A DNA stretch of 64,000 nucleotides from an uncultured Rhodospirillaceae bacterium. GTDB taxonomy: Bacteria > Pseudomonadota > Alphaproteobacteria > UBA8366. Below the pieces are notes generated by a model that saw only the letters and a list, made by a program, of their open reading frames with translations, searched no databases and was not told the origin of the DNA. A program made the position numbers and the translations under genes. This document shows positions 35,760-52,468 of the stretch, one piece after another. Numbering within the stretch: the first letter of the stretch is position 1; every line of letters starts with the position of its first letter. Location of the stretch: assembly GCA_913043025.1 (NCBI GenBank), contig CAJWLM010000002.1:22777-86776 (forward strand), written 5' to 3'.

Positions 35760-36950
35760 ATGGCGAAAGAAAAATTTGAACGCACAAAGCCGCATTGTAA
35801 CATTGGAACAATTGGACACGTTGACCATGGTAAGACAACGTTGACAGCAGCGATCACTAAGGTATTGGCTGAGACGGGGGGTGCTACGTTTACAGATTAT
35901 GGGGACATTGATAAGGCGCCTGAAGAGAAAGAGCGTGGCATCACTATCAATACAGCTCATGTTGAGTATGAGACGGAAAACCGGCACTACGCGCACGTAG
36001 ATTGTCCTGGGCACGCTGACTACGTGAAAAACATGATTACAGGTGCGGCGCAAATGGATGGCGCTATTTTGGTTGTTAATGCTGCGGATGGCCCGATGCC
36101 TCAGACGCGAGAGCATATTTTGTTGGCGCGCCAAGTTGGTGTGCCGGCCATTGTGGTGTTTTTGAATAAGGTTGATCAGGTAGATGATGAGGAGCTGTTA
36201 GAGTTAGTTGAGCTTGAAGTGCGTGAGCTTTTATCGAGTTATGATTTCCCGGGCGACGATATTCCGATTGTGGCTGGGACAGCTTTAGGCGCATTGGAGG
36301 GCGGCGATCCGGATACGGGTGCTAATAAAATTCTTGAGTTGATGAAGTGTGTTGACGATTATGTGCCGCAACCTGATCGTCCTAAAGATCTGCCCTTCTT
36401 GATGCCGATTGAAGACGTATTTTCAATTTCTGGTCGTGGCACGGTTGTGACGGGGCGTGTAGAGCGCGGAGTGGTGAATGTTGGTGACGAAATAGAAATA
36501 GTTGGCATTCGCGACACAGGGAAGACCGTTTGTACTGGTGTTGAGATGTTTCGGAAGCTATTGGATCAGGGTGAGGCAGGAGATAATATTGGTGCTTTGC
36601 TTCGTGGTATTGAGCGTGAAGGGGTGGAGCGTGGCCAAGTGTTAGCGCAGCCAGGATCGATTACGCCGCATACAAAATTCCAATGCGAGTGCTACATTTT
36701 GACCAAGGATGAGGGTGGTCGGCATACGCCATTTTTCTCAAATTATAGGCCGCAATTCTATTTCCGAACTACAGATGTCACTGGTACGGTGGAGCTTCCA
36801 GAAGGGACAGAAATGGTAATGCCTGGGGACAGCATTTCTATGGGTGTAAACTTGATCGCGCCAATTGCTATGGATGAGGGTTTGCGTTTTGCAATTCGCG
36901 AGGGCGGCAAAACTGTTGGCGCTGGTGTTGTAACCAGTATTACTGAATAG
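35760..36950 (+). CDS. tuf: Elongation factor Tu (copy 1)
   Basis: [17 protein letters not shown]; canonical EF-Tu. Confidence 0.99.
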   Translation: MAKEKFERTKPHCNIGTIGHVDHGKTTLTAAITKVLAETGGATFTDYGDIDKAPEEKERGITINTAHVEYETENRHYAHVDCPGHADYVKNMITGAAQMDGAILVVNAADGPMPQTREHILLARQVGVPAIVVFLNKVDQVDDEELLELVELEVRELLSSYDFPGDDIPIVAGTALGALEGGDPDTGANKILELMKCVDDYVPQPDRPKDLPFLMPIEDVFSISGRGTVVTGRVERGVVNVGDEIEIVGIRDTGKTVCTGVEMFRKLLDQGEAGDNIGALLRGIEREGVERGQVLAQPGSITPHTKFQCECYILTKDEGGRHTPFFSNYRPQFYFRTTDVTGTVELPEGTEMVMPGDSISMGVNLIAPIAMDEGLRFAIREGGKTVGAGVVTSITE

Positions 36951-36985
36951 AAAAGATATTTTAGGCGACAAACCTTGCAGGGTTT

Positions 36986-37061
36986 AGGAGTGTAGCTCAA
37001 TTGGTAGAGCACCGGTCTCCAAAACCGGGGGTTGAGGGTTCGATTCCTTCCACTCCTGCCA
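36986..37061 (+). tRNA. tRNA-Trp(CCA)
   Basis: AGGAGTG acceptor stem, CCGGT-CTCCAAA-ACCGG, TTCGATT, CCA; usual position before secE. Confidence 0.97.
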
Positions 37062-37145
37062 GCGTGGTGGACAGCGAAGTAAATGTGTTTTTTAAAAGAT
37101 TGAGTTTTAGCGACAACAAATTGATAAGGGTCTGGAAATCATAAA

Positions 37146-37343
37146 ATGGCGAAGACGTCACCAGCACAATTTATTCGCGAGGTTCGTCAGGAGGCTAACA
37201 AAGTTACATGGCCGACGAAGAAAGAAACCGGCGTGACCACTGTGATGGTCTTCGTTATGGTGTTTATTGCAGCCATATTTTTTCTTTTGACGGACCAAGT
37301 CATTGCTTGGCTTGTTAAGCTCGTTTTAGGATTGGGAGGTTAA
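37146..37343 (+). CDS. secE: Preprotein translocase subunit SecE
   Basis: EANKVTWPT plus single TM helix; synteny. Confidence 0.97.
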   Translation: MAKTSPAQFIREVRQEANKVTWPTKKETGVTTVMVFVMVFIAAIFFLLTDQVIAWLVKLVLGLGG

Positions 37344-37876
37344 TGATGGCCCATCGTTGGTATGTAGTGCACGTCTACTCCGGTTTCGAAAACAAAGTTG
37401 CTCAATCCATTGAGGAGCAAGCTGCATTTAAAGGGTTGAGTGAAGCATTTGAACAAGTTTTGGTTCCGACGGAAGAAGTTGTTGAAATGCGTCGTGGCAG
37501 CAAAGTTAATTCTGAGCGCAAGTTTTTCCCAGGCTATGTTTTAGTAAAAATGGAACTTACTGATGAATCGTGGCATCTCGTTAAAGATACTGCTAAAGTC
37601 ACCGGTTTTTTGGGGGCGCAAGGTAAGCCTAGTCCGATAAGTGCCTCAGAGGCCGAGCGGCTCTTGCATCAAATCAAAGAGGGGGTTGAACGTCCGAAGC
37701 CGTCTGTCACCTTTGAGATTGGCGAGCAGGTGCGTGTATGTGATGGGCCATTCGCATCATTTAACGGTGATGTAGAGCAAGTTGATGAGGAGAGAGCACG
37801 CCTTAAAGTTTCTGTTTCAATATTCGGCCGATCAACGCCCGTGGAATTAGAATATGGTCAGGTTGAGAAGTTGTAA
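37343..37876 (+). CDS. nusG: Transcription termination/antitermination factor NusG
   Basis: WYVVHVYSGFE, FFPGYVLV, KOW motif DGPF, IFGRSTPVEL. Confidence 0.98.
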   Translation: MMAHRWYVVHVYSGFENKVAQSIEEQAAFKGLSEAFEQVLVPTEEVVEMRRGSKVNSERKFFPGYVLVKMELTDESWHLVKDTAKVTGFLGAQGKPSPISASEAERLLHQIKEGVERPKPSVTFEIGEQVRVCDGPFASFNGDVEQVDEERARLKVSVSIFGRSTPVELEYGQVEKL

Positions 37877-37936
37877 CAACAATAAGCTGTAACAATAAAA
37901 AATAAGCTGCTAAAAACCGCCGGGCAACTGGCATTT

Positions 37937-37976
37937 GTGGAAGGCCAAGGTAGAAGTCCAGACTAGGCCGTACCAC
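37937..37976 (+). promoter_or_regulatory. Putative L1-binding autoregulatory leader of rplK-rplA
   Basis: GTGGAAGGCC...GGCCGTACCAC stem with internal loop just upstream of the rplK RBS. Confidence 0.5.
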
Positions 37977-37999
37977 GAACCCTAAGAAAGGGACATAAT

Positions 38000-38431
38000 A
38001 TGGCGAAAAAAATTGATGGATACATCAAGCTTGAAATCCCAGCGGGGCAGGCAAATCCCTCCCCGCCCGTTGGGCCAGCCTTAGGGCAACGTGGCCTCAA
38101 TATTATGGAATTTTGTAAGGCTTTCAACGCAGCTACGCAGCAGCTTGAACAGGGTATGCCAGTTCCAGTTACTATAACATGCTTTTCAGATCGTAGTTTT
38201 AGTTTTGAGACTCGAACAGCTCCGGCTAGCTATTTTCTCAAGAAGGCTGCTGGGTTGAGCAAAGGAGGTGGCGAGCCCGGCCGCAGTGACCCAGTGGGTA
38301 ATGTCACGAAAAAACAGGTTCGTGAGATTGCGGAGGCTAAAATGGGTGACTTGAATGCGAATGATATTGAGGCCGCAATGTTGATCATTGAGGGCTCTGC
38401 TCGTTCGATGGGGATAGAGGTGGTTGGTTAA
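38000..38431 (+). CDS. rplK: 50S ribosomal protein L11
   Basis: [27 protein letters not shown]. Confidence 0.99.
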   Translation: MAKKIDGYIKLEIPAGQANPSPPVGPALGQRGLNIMEFCKAFNAATQQLEQGMPVPVTITCFSDRSFSFETRTAPASYFLKKAAGLSKGGGEPGRSDPVGNVTKKQVREIAEAKMGDLNANDIEAAMLIIEGSARSMGIEVVG

Positions 38432-38433
38432 TT

Positions 38434-39135
38434 ATGGCAAAAAATAGTAAGCGCTTGAAAAAAGCTGTCGAAGGCATTGACCGCGATGCATCATACGTTG
38501 TTGATGAGGCCGTCAAGTTACTCAAAGGTTGCGCATCTGCAAGATTTGATGAGACGGTTGAAATATCAATGAATTTGAACATCGACTCACGGCACGCAGA
38601 TCAACAGGTCCGTGGCGTTGTTCAACTGCCTAATGGCACGGGAAAAGCCGTTCGTGTCGCTGTCTTTGCAAAAGATGCGAAAGCGGAGGAGGCTCAAGAC
38701 GCCGGCGCTGATTTGGTCGGAGGGGATGAGCTCGCTGAAAAGGTTCAAAGCGGGGAAATAAATTTTGATCGTGTTATTGCGACACCTGATATGATGGCTG
38801 TTGTAGGCAAACTGGGAAAAGTGCTGGGCCCGAAGGGTTTAATGCCTAATCCAAAATTAGGCACAGTTACTCAAAATGTTGGAGACGCTGTGAAAGCGGC
38901 AAAATCGGGAGAGGTACAGTTTCGCGCGGAAAAAGCTGGAATAATTCATGCAGGTATCGGTAAAGCGAGTTTTAGTGAGGCTAAGCTTGCGCAAAATGTT
39001 AATGCTTTCATCGATGCTATCACAAAAGCGAAACCAAGCGGTGTAAAGGGTTCTTACATCAAAAAGGTGTCTATAAGTTCGACGATGGGGCCTGGTTTAA
39101 AGCTCGATATGAGCGGAGATCCGGGGTCTGCATAG
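38434..39135 (+). CDS. rplA: 50S ribosomal protein L1
   Basis: [28 protein letters not shown]. Confidence 0.99.
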   Translation: MAKNSKRLKKAVEGIDRDASYVVDEAVKLLKGCASARFDETVEISMNLNIDSRHADQQVRGVVQLPNGTGKAVRVAVFAKDAKAEEAQDAGADLVGGDELAEKVQSGEINFDRVIATPDMMAVVGKLGKVLGPKGLMPNPKLGTVTQNVGDAVKAAKSGEVQFRAEKAGIIHAGIGKASFSEAKLAQNVNAFIDAITKAKPSGVKGSYIKKVSISSTMGPGLKLDMSGDPGSA

Positions 39136-39144
39136 ATTTAGAAT

Positions 39145-39186
39145 TTTGCTGTGCGTTTCTAGATAGACTAAGAAGCGTGCGGCAAA
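39145..39186 (+). terminator. Hairpin downstream of rplA
   Basis: tttgctgtgcgtttct pairs with agaagcgtgcggcaaa (with G-U pairs). Confidence 0.45.
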
Positions 39187-39215
39187 TAGAGGGTGTTGTG
39201 TTTATGCACCCTTGA

Positions 39216-39292
39216 CCTGTCCAAGATTGTGGGTGTGTTTCCTTTCTTTTTAGGAACGCTTAAACGGGTAACCGGCCAACATGAGGCAGCGG
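39216..39292 (+). ncRNA. Putative L10 leader (rplJ-rplL autoregulatory element)
   Basis: cctgtccaagattgtgggt...cttaa...ccaacatgaggcagcgg resembles the L10 leader pattern; lies in the long rplA-rplJ spacer. Confidence 0.55.
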
Positions 39293-39450
39293 TAAAAGAC
39301 AGCCAGGCCGGATTGGGCCGTTGGATTGGCTTGAGCCACTGGGGCAGGGTCCGTCGGGTGGAGTGCTAAACGGTTTTTTAGCGCACCATCTTAATGTAGC
39401 AGACTAATGTTTGTGTAAGAGCATTAGTCAAATAGTATCGGAGACTAACA

Positions 39451-39963
39451 GTGGACCGAGCAAAAAAAGAAGCCCTAGTCGCCGAACTGCATGAGGCATT
39501 CAGCGTCAACAATCTTCTCGTACTGACACACCAGACGGGATTGAGCGTTGGAGAAGTCTCGGAGCTCCGTCAGCAAATGCGGGAAGCTGGTGCATCGTTT
39601 AAGGTGACAAAAAACCGGCTAGCCAAAATTGCTTTGAAGGGAACTAAGTTCGAAGGTCTTGCCGATGAATTTACTGGTCCAACAGCTATTGCTGTTTCCG
39701 AGGATCCAGTGGCGGCAGCCAAAGTGGTGGTTGACTTTGCAGAAAAGAATGACAGGTTAAGTGTGATTTGTGGGGTGTTGGGTGAAGAGGCACTCGATGC
39801 GTCGCAAGTAGTATCGCTTGCTAAATTGCCATCCTTAGATGAATTGCGTGGCAAGGTCATTGGACTTGTTCAAGCTCCGGCCCAAAATATTACCAGCTTA
39901 ATGCAGGCACCTAGTGGGCAGCTTGCCCGTGTTTTTGGCGCCTTCGGTAGTTCTGGCTCATAA
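39451..39963 (+). CDS. rplJ: 50S ribosomal protein L10
   Basis: KVTKNRLAKIA, GPTAIA, LPSLDELRG. Confidence 0.98.
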   Translation: MDRAKKEALVAELHEAFSVNNLLVLTHQTGLSVGEVSELRQQMREAGASFKVTKNRLAKIALKGTKFEGLADEFTGPTAIAVSEDPVAAAKVVVDFAEKNDRLSVICGVLGEEALDASQVVSLAKLPSLDELRGKVIGLVQAPAQNITSLMQAPSGQLARVFGAFGSSGS

Positions 39964-40014
39964 GGCGGCGGACTTGTAATCAAATAGTATTGTTCAAGCC
40001 AAGGAGAAATAATT

Positions 40015-40392
40015 ATGGCAGATTTAGAAAAGATTGCTGAAGAGCTTTCGGGGTTAACGGTTATAGAAGCAGCGGATTTATCAAAGCTACTCGAAGAAAA
40101 GTGGGGGGTTTCAGCAGCTGCCCCAGTTGCCGTTGCTGGCGTTGCGCCTGCAGCGGGAGACGCTGGTGCGGCTGAAGAAAAAACCGAATTTGATGTCGTG
40201 CTTACCGCAATGGGCGACAAGAAAATAAACGTTATAAAAGAGGTTAGAGGCATTACAGGGCTTGGCCTCAAGGAAGCTAAAGAGCTTGTCGAAAGTGCAC
40301 CAAAGGCTGTTAAGGAAGGTGTAGCTAAAGACGAGGCAGATGAAATCAAGAAGAAGCTCGAAGAAGCAGGGGCAACTGTTGAGCTAAATTAA
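40015..40392 (+). CDS. rplL: 50S ribosomal protein L7/L12
   Basis: [27 protein letters not shown]. Confidence 0.99.
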   Translation: MADLEKIAEELSGLTVIEAADLSKLLEEKWGVSAAAPVAVAGVAPAAGDAGAAEEKTEFDVVLTAMGDKKINVIKEVRGITGLGLKEAKELVESAPKAVKEGVAKDEADEIKKKLEEAGATVELN

Positions 40393-40415
40393 TGCGGTTT
40401 TTTACCGTGCGAACC

Positions 40416-40458
40416 GAGAGAGGGCCGTGCATGTAGCGCGGTTCTCACTCCTTTTTTT
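40416..40458 (+). terminator. Intrinsic terminator/attenuator between rplL and rpoB
   Basis: gagagagggccgtgc pairs with gcgcggttctcactc, followed by a run of seven T. Confidence 0.7.
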
Positions 40459-40512
40459 ATTATCGAGTTTAGCCGCCTTTTATAAAAAAGAGTGGATAGT
40501 CGAGGAACAAAA

Positions 40513-43500
40513 ATGCCGCAGTCCTTTACCCAACTAAAACGCATTCGGAAATCTTTCGGTCGCTTGCCCGAGGTGGCGCCGATGCCGAATTTGATCGAAG
40601 TTCAGAAACAGTCTTACGATCGTTTCTTAGAGCCGGTAGAATCAAACGGTACAATGTTGCCGTCTGGACTCGAAGAGGCATTTCAGACGGTTTTTCCGAT
40701 TAAAGATTTTTCAGGCCGAGCGCAGCTGGAATTTGTAAGCTATGAATTAGAAGATCCGAAATATGACGTTGAAGAGTGTCAGCAGCGTGATATGACCTTT
40801 GCAGCACCGCTGAAGGTGACTTTGCGACTGGTTGTCTGGGATGTGGACGAAGAAACCGGTGCACGTTCTATCCGAGATATCAAAGAACAAGATGTGTATA
40901 TGGGTGACATGCCGTTAATGACGCCGAATGGAACCTTCGTCGTTAATGGTACGGAGCGGGTAATAGTCAGCCAGATGCATCGTTCTCCAGGTGTATTCTT
41001 TGATCATGACAAAGGCAAAACACACTCCTCAGGGAAATATTTATTCGCGGCACGTGTGATACCCTATCGCGGCTCGTGGCTCGATTTCGAGTTTGATGCC
41101 AAAGATAACCTGTATGTGCGTATTGATCGTCGTCGCAAATTGCCAGCAACCACACTAATGTTAGCGCTGGATGGGGACTCTACAGAAGCTTTGCGTGTCG
41201 AGCGTAGTCGCGAGGGTCTTAATCTTGAGCCTTGGGAGGCCCAAGGCATGACGAAAGAGGATATTCTTAACTTCTTTTTTGACACAATTGAATACACCGA
41301 AATTGATGGTGGATGGAAAACAAAGTTTGAACCTAGCCGTTTTGAAGGCGCGAAGTTAGACTATGACCTCATAGATGCAAAAACTAAAAAAGTCGTGGTT
41401 GAAAGTGGTCGAAAATTAACTCCGAGAGTGTTGCGGTCGCTAGAGGATGGGAAGCTCAAAGATATATTGCTGCCTTCGGAGGGAATTCTCGGGCGTTTCG
41501 TTGCCAATGATTTGGTCAATTCTAAGACAGGTGAAATCTATGTCGAGGCTGGAGAAGAGGTCACAGAAGAGCTACTTGAAAGCTTGAAAGAAGTAGGTTT
41601 CCGGCAGCTTCCTATTCTGGCGATTGATTACAGCTCCGTCGGACCATACGTTCGTAACACTTTGGAAATAGAAAAAAATAATAACCGAGAAGACGCGTTG
41701 ATTGATATTTATCGAGTGATGCGTCCCGGTGAACCTCCTACCCTGGAGACTGCGGAGGCATTATTTAAGAGCTTGTTCTTTGACTCAGAGCGCTACGATT
41801 TATCCTCTGTAGGGAGAGTTAAAATGAACTCTCGGCTTAATCTAGAAACAGATGATCAGATGCGAGTGCTTCGTAAGGAAGATATTTTGGCAATCCTGAA
41901 GGTGCTCGTCGGATTAAAGGATGGTCGTGGGGATATTGATGATATTGATCATTTGGGTAATCGGCGGGTCCGTTCCGTTGGGGAACTGCTTGAAAATCAG
42001 TATCGGGTAGGGTTATTGCGTATGGAGCGCGCAATTCGTGAGCGGATGAGCACAGTCGAGATCGATAGTGTAATGCCGCACGATCTCATAAATGCCAAGC
42101 CGGCAGCAGCCGCTGTCAGAGAATTTTTTGGTTCGTCACAGCTTTCTCAATTTATGGATCAAACAAATCCGTTATCTGAAATCACTCACAAGCGGCGCTT
42201 ATCTGCTCTAGGCCCTGGCGGTTTAACTCGAGAACGAGCGGGCTTTGAAGTTCGAGATGTTCATCCCACTCATTATGGACGCATTTGTCCAATCGAAACT
42301 CCGGAGGGTCCGAATATTGGTTTGATAAACTCGTTGGCTACTTTTGCACGGGTAAATCAATATGGCTTCATCGAAACTCCGTATCGGGCAGTTAAGGCTG
42401 GTAAGGTGACAGACGAAGTGATTTATATGTCTGCCATGGATGAGGGGCGCTACACGGTGGCGCAGGCTAACGCAGCTTTAGACGCGCGTGGTAGGTTTGT
42501 AGAGGAGCTTGTTAGCTGTCGTGAAGGTGGCGAATACATTATGGCAATGCGGGAAGAGATTGATTTTATCGACGTTTCGCCAAAACAAATCGTCTCGGTG
42601 GCTGCCGCTTTAATTCCATTTCTCGAAAATGACGATGCAAACCGTGCTCTTATGGGTTCGAATATGCAACGACAGGCTGTTCCTCTACTAAAGGCTGACG
42701 CTCCTTTGGTTGGCACGGGTATGGAGGAGATAGTTGCGCGCGATTCTGGCGCTGCAATAGTAGCAGATCGCTCGGGGGTTGTAGATCAGGTTGATGCTAC
42801 ACGAATCGTTGTGCAAGCCACAGAAGAGACTGCTGCCGATGTGCCTGGTGTTGACATTTATAACCTTGCGAAGTTTCAGCGCTCTAACCAAAACACTTGT
42901 ATCAACCAGCGTCCGTTAGTGAAAGTTGGAGACATAGTTGCAAAAGGCGATATTGTTGCAGATGGTCCCTCAACTGAACTTGGAGAGTTAGCGTTGGGGC
43001 GCAATGTGCTGGTCGCGTTTATGCCCTGGAATGGATATAATTTTGAGGATTCTATCCTGATATCAGAACGAATTGTTCGAGATGACGTTTTTACTTCTAT
43101 TCATATCGAAGAATTCGAAATCATGGCCCGAGACACCAAGCTTGGCCAAGAGGAGATTACCCGCGATATCCCAAACGTTGGTGAGGAGGCGCTAAAGGAT
43201 CTTGATGAGGCTGGGATAGTTTGTATCGGAGCTGAGGTAAATTCAGGGGATATACTTGTTGGTAAAGTTACCCCAAAGGGCGAATCTCCTATGACGCCGG
43301 AAGAAAAGCTACTGCGTGCAATTTTTGGTGAGAAAGCATCCGATGTACGAGACACATCATTAAAGTTACCGCCCGGCGGCCAAGGCACAGTAGTAGAAGT
43401 TAGGGTGTTTTCACGACGTGGTGTTGATAAAGACGAGCGCGCTTTGGCGATTGAGCGTCAGGAAATTGAGCGGCTGGCTAAAGATCGGGACGATGAGAAA

Positions 43501-44691
43501 GCAATACTGGAACGTTCCTTCTTTAATTCCCTGAAAGATAAATTAATTAATCAGACGACTGTTTCTAGCCCTAAGGGAATGGAAAATAACAAAAAAATAA
43601 CGGAGGCCTTTCTGTCTGACTTTACGCCCGGGCAGTGGCGACAAATCGTCGTTAAGAATAATACTGTCAACGATGAACTAGAGGCAATGAAGAAGACTTT
43701 TGATGCATCTGTCGGGGTTTTGCAGAGCCGGTTTGAAGATAAAGTAGACAAGCTTCAGCGTGGCGATGAATTGCCTCCAGGTGTGATGAAGATGGTAAAA
43801 GTTTTTGTGGCGGTAAAGCGCAAATTACAGCCCGGTGACAAGATGGCTGGCCGGCACGGCAATAAGGGTGTGATTTCCAAAATAATGCCAGTGGAAGACA
43901 TGCCGTATCTTGAGGATGGTACATCGGTTGATGTAGTGCTTAATCCGCTTGGGGTGCCAAGTAGAATGAACGTGGGTCAAATATTAGAAACGCACCTTGG
44001 ATGGGCCGCTGCAGGTTTAGGACAACAGATAGGAGACGCGTTAGCCGCGTATAAAGGTGGTAATAGTGATAAATCAACCTCAGATTTGCGTAAAACGCTT
44101 GAATCGGCTTACGGAAAAGAAATCTATCAGGAATCCATCGAAGAGATGGATGATGAGGCAGCGCTTGAGTTGGCAGACAATGTCGTAAAGGGCGTTCCAT
44201 TTGCAACTCCGGTTTTTGACGGTGCAGTGGAAGCGGATATAGTCGAAGCTCTAAAAGATGCTGGCTTTGCCGAATCAGGCCAATCGACGCTCATCGACGG
44301 TCGGACTGGAGAAATATTTTCACGAGATGTTACCGTTGGCTATATTTACATGTTGAAATTGCATCATTTAGTTGATGATAAAATTCACGCTCGTTCAATC
44401 GGTCCTTACAGCCTTGTTACGCAGCAACCTCTCGGCGGGAAAGCACAGTTTGGAGGCCAAAGATTTGGTGAAATGGAGGTGTGGGCCCTTGAAGCGTATG
44501 GCGCCGCCTACACGCTTCAAGAAATGTTAACAGTTAAATCTGATGACGTGTCAGGCCGGACGAAGGTGTATGAGGCAATTGTTCGTGGCGATGACACGTT
44601 TGAGGCTGGAATCCCTGAGTCTTTCAACGTCTTAGTGAAGGAACTTCGGTCTTTAGGGCTTAACGTTGAATTGATCCAAGAAAACTTTTAA
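40513..44691 (+). CDS. rpoB: DNA-directed RNA polymerase subunit beta
   Basis: [39 protein letters not shown]; ATG 40513 preceded by GAGG. Confidence 0.99.
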   Translation: MPQSFTQLKRIRKSFGRLPEVAPMPNLIEVQKQSYDRFLEPVESNGTMLPSGLEEAFQTVFPIKDFSGRAQLEFVSYELEDPKYDVEECQQRDMTFAAPLKVTLRLVVWDVDEETGARSIRDIKEQDVYMGDMPLMTPNGTFVVNGTERVIVSQMHRSPGVFFDHDKGKTHSSGKYLFAARVIPYRGSWLDFEFDAKDNLYVRIDRRRKLPATTLMLALDGDSTEALRVERSREGLNLEPWEAQGMTKEDILNFFFDTIEYTEIDGGWKTKFEPSRFEGAKLDYDLIDAKTKKVVVESGRKLTPRVLRSLEDGKLKDILLPSEGILGRFVANDLVNSKTGEIYVEAGEEVTEELLESLKEVGFRQLPILAIDYSSVGPYVRNTLEIEKNNNREDALIDIYRVMRPGEPPTLETAEALFKSLFFDSERYDLSSVGRVKMNSRLNLETDDQMRVLRKEDILAILKVLVGLKDGRGDIDDIDHLGNRRVRSVGELLENQYRVGLLRMERAIRERMSTVEIDSVMPHDLINAKPAAAAVREFFGSSQLSQFMDQTNPLSEITHKRRLSALGPGGLTRERAGFEVRDVHPTHYGRICPIETPEGPNIGLINSLATFARVNQYGFIETPYRAVKAGKVTDEVIYMSAMDEGRYTVAQANAALDARGRFVEELVSCREGGEYIMAMREEIDFIDVSPKQIVSVAAALIPFLENDDANRALMGSNMQRQAVPLLKADAPLVGTGMEEIVARDSGAAIVADRSGVVDQVDATRIVVQATEETAADVPGVDIYNLAKFQRSNQNTCINQRPLVKVGDIVAKGDIVADGPSTELGELALGRNVLVAFMPWNGYNFEDSILISERIVRDDVFTSIHIEEFEIMARDTKLGQEEITRDIPNVGEEALKDLDEAGIVCIGAEVNSGDILVGKVTPKGESPMTPEEKLLRAIFGEKASDVRDTSLKLPPGGQGTVVEVRVFSRRGVDKDERALAIERQEIERLAKDRDDEKAILERSFFNSLKDKLINQTTVSSPKGMENNKKITEAFLSDFTPGQWRQIVVKNNTVNDELEAMKKTFDASVGVLQSRFEDKVDKLQRGDELPPGVMKMVKVFVAVKRKLQPGDKMAGRHGNKGVISKIMPVEDMPYLEDGTSVDVVLNPLGVPSRMNVGQILETHLGWAAAGLGQQIGDALAAYKGGNSDKSTSDLRKTLESAYGKEIYQESIEEMDDEAALELADNVVKGVPFATPVFDGAVEADIVEALKDAGFAESGQSTLIDGRTGEIFSRDVTVGYIYMLKLHHLVDDKIHARSIGPYSLVTQQPLGGKAQFGGQRFGEMEVWALEAYGAAYTLQEMLTVKSDDVSGRTKVYEAIVRGDDTFEAGIPESFNVLVKELRSLGLNVELIQENF

Positions 44692-44758
44692 TCGGATGTG
44701 TGCAGCGTCAATAACACGCAACCACTGTTTGAAGTGATTTAGTTGGGAGATTGAGTAA

Positions 44759-49105
<4,347 letters not shown>

Positions 49106-49208
49106 GCAGTAATTGGATTTGTCATCGGCACTGATAAGTCGCTGGGAAATAGTGAAAACTTCACATAAAGGCATGACTTAAGCTCCAAATAATTCTTTTA
49201 TCTTTTAC

Positions 49209-49237
49209 TTGACCTAAGGGTGTGGCGTAACTAGTAT
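49209..49237 (+). promoter_or_regulatory. Putative sigma70 promoter of the str operon
   Basis: TTGACC, 17-bp spacer, TAGTAT, then a GC-rich discriminator. Confidence 0.6.
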
Positions 49238-49474
49238 CCGCCGCACTTTCCAAGGGGATTTGGTTGTAGCTAATTATTTGTTTGTTGACAGTGAGGCGCT
49301 AGACACAATCCTCGGATTTTCGACGTTATTGACATAAGCCGTTAAGTCGGCTGATTTTTTTAGCCATATGGGGGGCCATGTGCGGCTTTTATTCGGCCGT
49401 TTCGATAATGGGTTCTGGTATGAAAATCAGTGGCTTGCATAACTGAAGGCAGAGATTGAAATTGGTAGGTATAG

Positions 49475-49846
49475 ATGCCGACAATTAATCAGTTGATCCG
49501 AAAGGGTCGTAAAGAAAAGCCGGTTCGCAACAAAGTACCAGCTCTAGAGGCGTGTCCACAGAAACGCGGTGTGTGCACTCGTGTTTATACGACGACGCCT
49601 AAAAAACCTAATTCAGCTTTGCGGAAAGTGGCTCGCGTGCGGCTTACGAATGGGTTTGAGGTTACAAGTTATATCCCAGGGGAAGGACATAACCTTCAAG
49701 AGCACTCTGTCGTCATGATTCGTGGTGGACGTGTGAAGGATTTGCCCGGTGTGCGTTACCACATAGTCCGTGGAACTTTGGATACTCAAGGTGTGGATGA
49801 TCGCCGTCAGCGGAGATCCAAGTATGGCGCAAAACGGCCAAAATAA
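49475..49846 (+). CDS. rpsL: 30S ribosomal protein S12
   Basis: [21 protein letters not shown]. Confidence 0.99.
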   Translation: MPTINQLIRKGRKEKPVRNKVPALEACPQKRGVCTRVYTTTPKKPNSALRKVARVRLTNGFEVTSYIPGEGHNLQEHSVVMIRGGRVKDLPGVRYHIVRGTLDTQGVDDRRQRRSKYGAKRPK

Positions 49847-49869
49847 AAGGGTTTAGGGGAGAATTTTCG

Positions 49870-50340
49870 ATGTCCAGACGTCGCCGCGCAGAAAAAAGAG
49901 AAATCTTGCCTGATGCCAAATTCGGAGATGTAGTGGTTAGTAAATTTATTAACAGCGTTATGCTTCATGGGAAGAAGTCAACTGCTGAACGAATTGTCTA
50001 TGGGGCATTAGATCTCATGGAATCTCGCGCTGGCAACGACCCGGTTCGGTCTTTCCACGAGGCGTTGGATAACGTTAAGCCACATCTAGAAGTACGGTCT
50101 CGGCGTGTAGGGGGAGCGACTTATCAAGTGCCAATGGATGTGCGTGCTGATCGAGCCCAAGCGCTCGCATTCAGATGGCTAATACAGAATGCGCGCGGAC
50201 GCAGTGAAAACACAATGGTTGAGCGTTTGTCGGGAGAACTCCTCGATGCAGCTAATAACCGCGGTGGTGCTGTGAAAAAGCGGGAAGATACGCATAGGAT
50301 GGCTGATGCCAACCGGGCGTTTTCTCACTATCGTTGGTAA
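49870..50340 (+). CDS. rpsG: 30S ribosomal protein S7
   Basis: [21 protein letters not shown]. Confidence 0.99.
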   Translation: MSRRRRAEKREILPDAKFGDVVVSKFINSVMLHGKKSTAERIVYGALDLMESRAGNDPVRSFHEALDNVKPHLEVRSRRVGGATYQVPMDVRADRAQALAFRWLIQNARGRSENTMVERLSGELLDAANNRGGAVKKREDTHRMADANRAFSHYRW

Positions 50341-50365
50341 TGAGTTTTTATCGGAGATAAAGAAT

Positions 50366-52441
50366 ATGTCAGCCCGCACAACCCCTATAGAAAAATATCG
50401 CAATATTGGGATTATGGCCCATATCGACGCTGGAAAAACAACTACGACTGAGCGAATACTCTATTACACCGGACGTTCACATAAGATTGGTGAAGTTCAT
50501 GATGGCAACGCTACGATGGACTGGATGGAGCAGGAGCAGGAGCGAGGGATAACTATCACATCTGCCGCAACCACTTGCCAGTGGCGGGATTGTCGTGTGA
50601 ATATAATTGATACGCCCGGGCATGTTGATTTCACCATTGAAGTAGAGCGGAGTTTGCGTGTTTTAGATGGCGCGGTGGCAGTGTTTGATAGCGTCGCGGG
50701 TGTTGAGCCTCAATCTGAAACCGTATGGAGGCAGGCCGACAAGTACGAGGTGCCTCGTATCTGTTTTGTGAATAAGATGGATAGAACCGGTGCGGATTTC
50801 TTTCGCACTGTTGATATGATTATAGATCGTTTAGGTGCGTCTCCGCTGGTGACACAGCTACCAGTAGGTTCTGAAGATAGCTTCGTCGGTGTCATCGACT
50901 TAGTCAAAATGCGCGCTGTTATTTGGAAAGATGAGTCCCTCGGGGCTGAGTTCGAATACACGGATATTCCAGCTGAACTTGCGGATCAAGCATCTGAGTA
51001 TCGGGAAAAGCTTGTTGAGATGGCCGTTGAGCAGGATGATGGGGCTATGGAGGCCTATCTCGAGGGTCATGAGCCAAGCGAGGAAAAGTTGATAGACTGT
51101 ATTCGCAAGGGCACTGTCGAGGGGGCATTTGTTCCAGTATTATTGGGTTCGGCGTTCAAAAACAAAGGTGTGCAGCCACTTCTTGATGCGGTGGTTGATT
51201 TTCTTCCGTCGCCTGTTGATGTGCCTGCTGTTAAGGGTCTGCTAGACAACGATGAGCCTTCTACACGGCAGTCTTCAGACGATGAGCCCTTTGCCGCTCT
51301 GGCATTCAAGATTATGACCGATGAGCATGTGGGTTCGTTGACGTTCGTGCGCATTTATTCTGGAACACTTTCCAAGGGTGCTGGAGTCATAAATTCAGTC
51401 AAGCGCCAGAAGGAGCGCGTTGGTCGCATGCTCATGATGCACGCCAACAACCGTGAAATGATAGATGAGGCAAGTGCCGGAGATATAGTGGCAGTGGTGG
51501 GGCTCAAATCTGTTACTACAGGTGATACGATATGTGATTCCAACAAGCCCATAATTCTAGAGAAGATGGAATTTCCGGACCCTGTTATCGAGATTGCGGT
51601 CGAGCCTAAAACTAAGGGCGACCATGATAAGATGTCGACTGCGCTTGGGCGGTTAGCGCAAGAAGATCCATCGTTCAGGGTTACCTCTGACGAAGAGACG
51701 GGTCAGACCGTGATAAAAGGAATGGGCGAGCTCCACCTAGAAATCATTATTGACCGTTTGCTGAGAGAATTTAAAGTTGGTGCTAATATAGGCGCACCAC
51801 AGGTGGCCTATAGGGAGACTATCACAAAGCCTTATACTTGTGATTATACTCACAAGAAACAAACCGGTGGGTCGGGACAGTTCGCCCGTATCATTATTGA
51901 GTTTGAACCATGCGAGCCTGGGGATGGTTACGAATTCGAGAGTAAGGTTGTCGGTGGATCAGTTCCTAAAGATTATATCCCGGGCGTAGAGAAGGGCCTA
52001 AATAGTGAACGCGAAAATGGGGTTTTGGCGGGCTTTCCTGTTATTGACTTCAGGGCAACATTGGTCGATGGGGCATCTCATGATGTTGACTCATCTGTTA
52101 TGGCGTTTGAAATTGCAGCTCGGGCTGCATTTCGGGAGGCGGTTCAGAGTGCTGGGCCGAAATTGCTAGAGCCTATTATGAAAGTCGAAGTAATTACGCC
52201 TGAGGAATATATGGGAGATATAATTGGTGATTTAAACAGCCGGCGTGGACAGGTAGGGGGTATGGATCAGCGTGGAAATGCACGCGTCATTGATGCTATG
52301 GTGCCTCTTGCCAACATGTTCGGTTACATCAACACTTTGAGATCATCCAGTCAGGGGCGTGCTCAGTTTACTATGCAATTCGATCATTATGAAAAAGTAC
52401 CGCAAGCGGTTGCGGAAGAAGTTCGAGCTAACCTCGCTTAA
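50366..52441 (+). CDS. fusA: Elongation factor G
   Basis: [25 protein letters not shown]; ATG 50366 preceded by GGAG. Confidence 0.99.
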   Translation: MSARTTPIEKYRNIGIMAHIDAGKTTTTERILYYTGRSHKIGEVHDGNATMDWMEQEQERGITITSAATTCQWRDCRVNIIDTPGHVDFTIEVERSLRVLDGAVAVFDSVAGVEPQSETVWRQADKYEVPRICFVNKMDRTGADFFRTVDMIIDRLGASPLVTQLPVGSEDSFVGVIDLVKMRAVIWKDESLGAEFEYTDIPAELADQASEYREKLVEMAVEQDDGAMEAYLEGHEPSEEKLIDCIRKGTVEGAFVPVLLGSAFKNKGVQPLLDAVVDFLPSPVDVPAVKGLLDNDEPSTRQSSDDEPFAALAFKIMTDEHVGSLTFVRIYSGTLSKGAGVINSVKRQKERVGRMLMMHANNREMIDEASAGDIVAVVGLKSVTTGDTICDSNKPIILEKMEFPDPVIEIAVEPKTKGDHDKMSTALGRLAQEDPSFRVTSDEETGQTVIKGMGELHLEIIIDRLLREFKVGANIGAPQVAYRETITKPYTCDYTHKKQTGGSGQFARIIIEFEPCEPGDGYEFESKVVGGSVPKDYIPGVEKGLNSERENGVLAGFPVIDFRATLVDGASHDVDSSVMAFEIAARAAFREAVQSAGPKLLEPIMKVEVITPEEYMGDIIGDLNSRRGQVGGMDQRGNARVIDAMVPLANMFGYINTLRSSSQGRAQFTMQFDHYEKVPQAVAEEVRANLA

Positions 52442-52468
52442 ACTGGATTTTAATAGACGGAGGCCAAG

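Noticed and set aside
37872-37910. Short imperfect repeats (tgtaacaa, aataagctg) after nusG
   Set aside because: Two short copies in AT-rich sequence; no repeat-spacer structure, so not a CRISPR array
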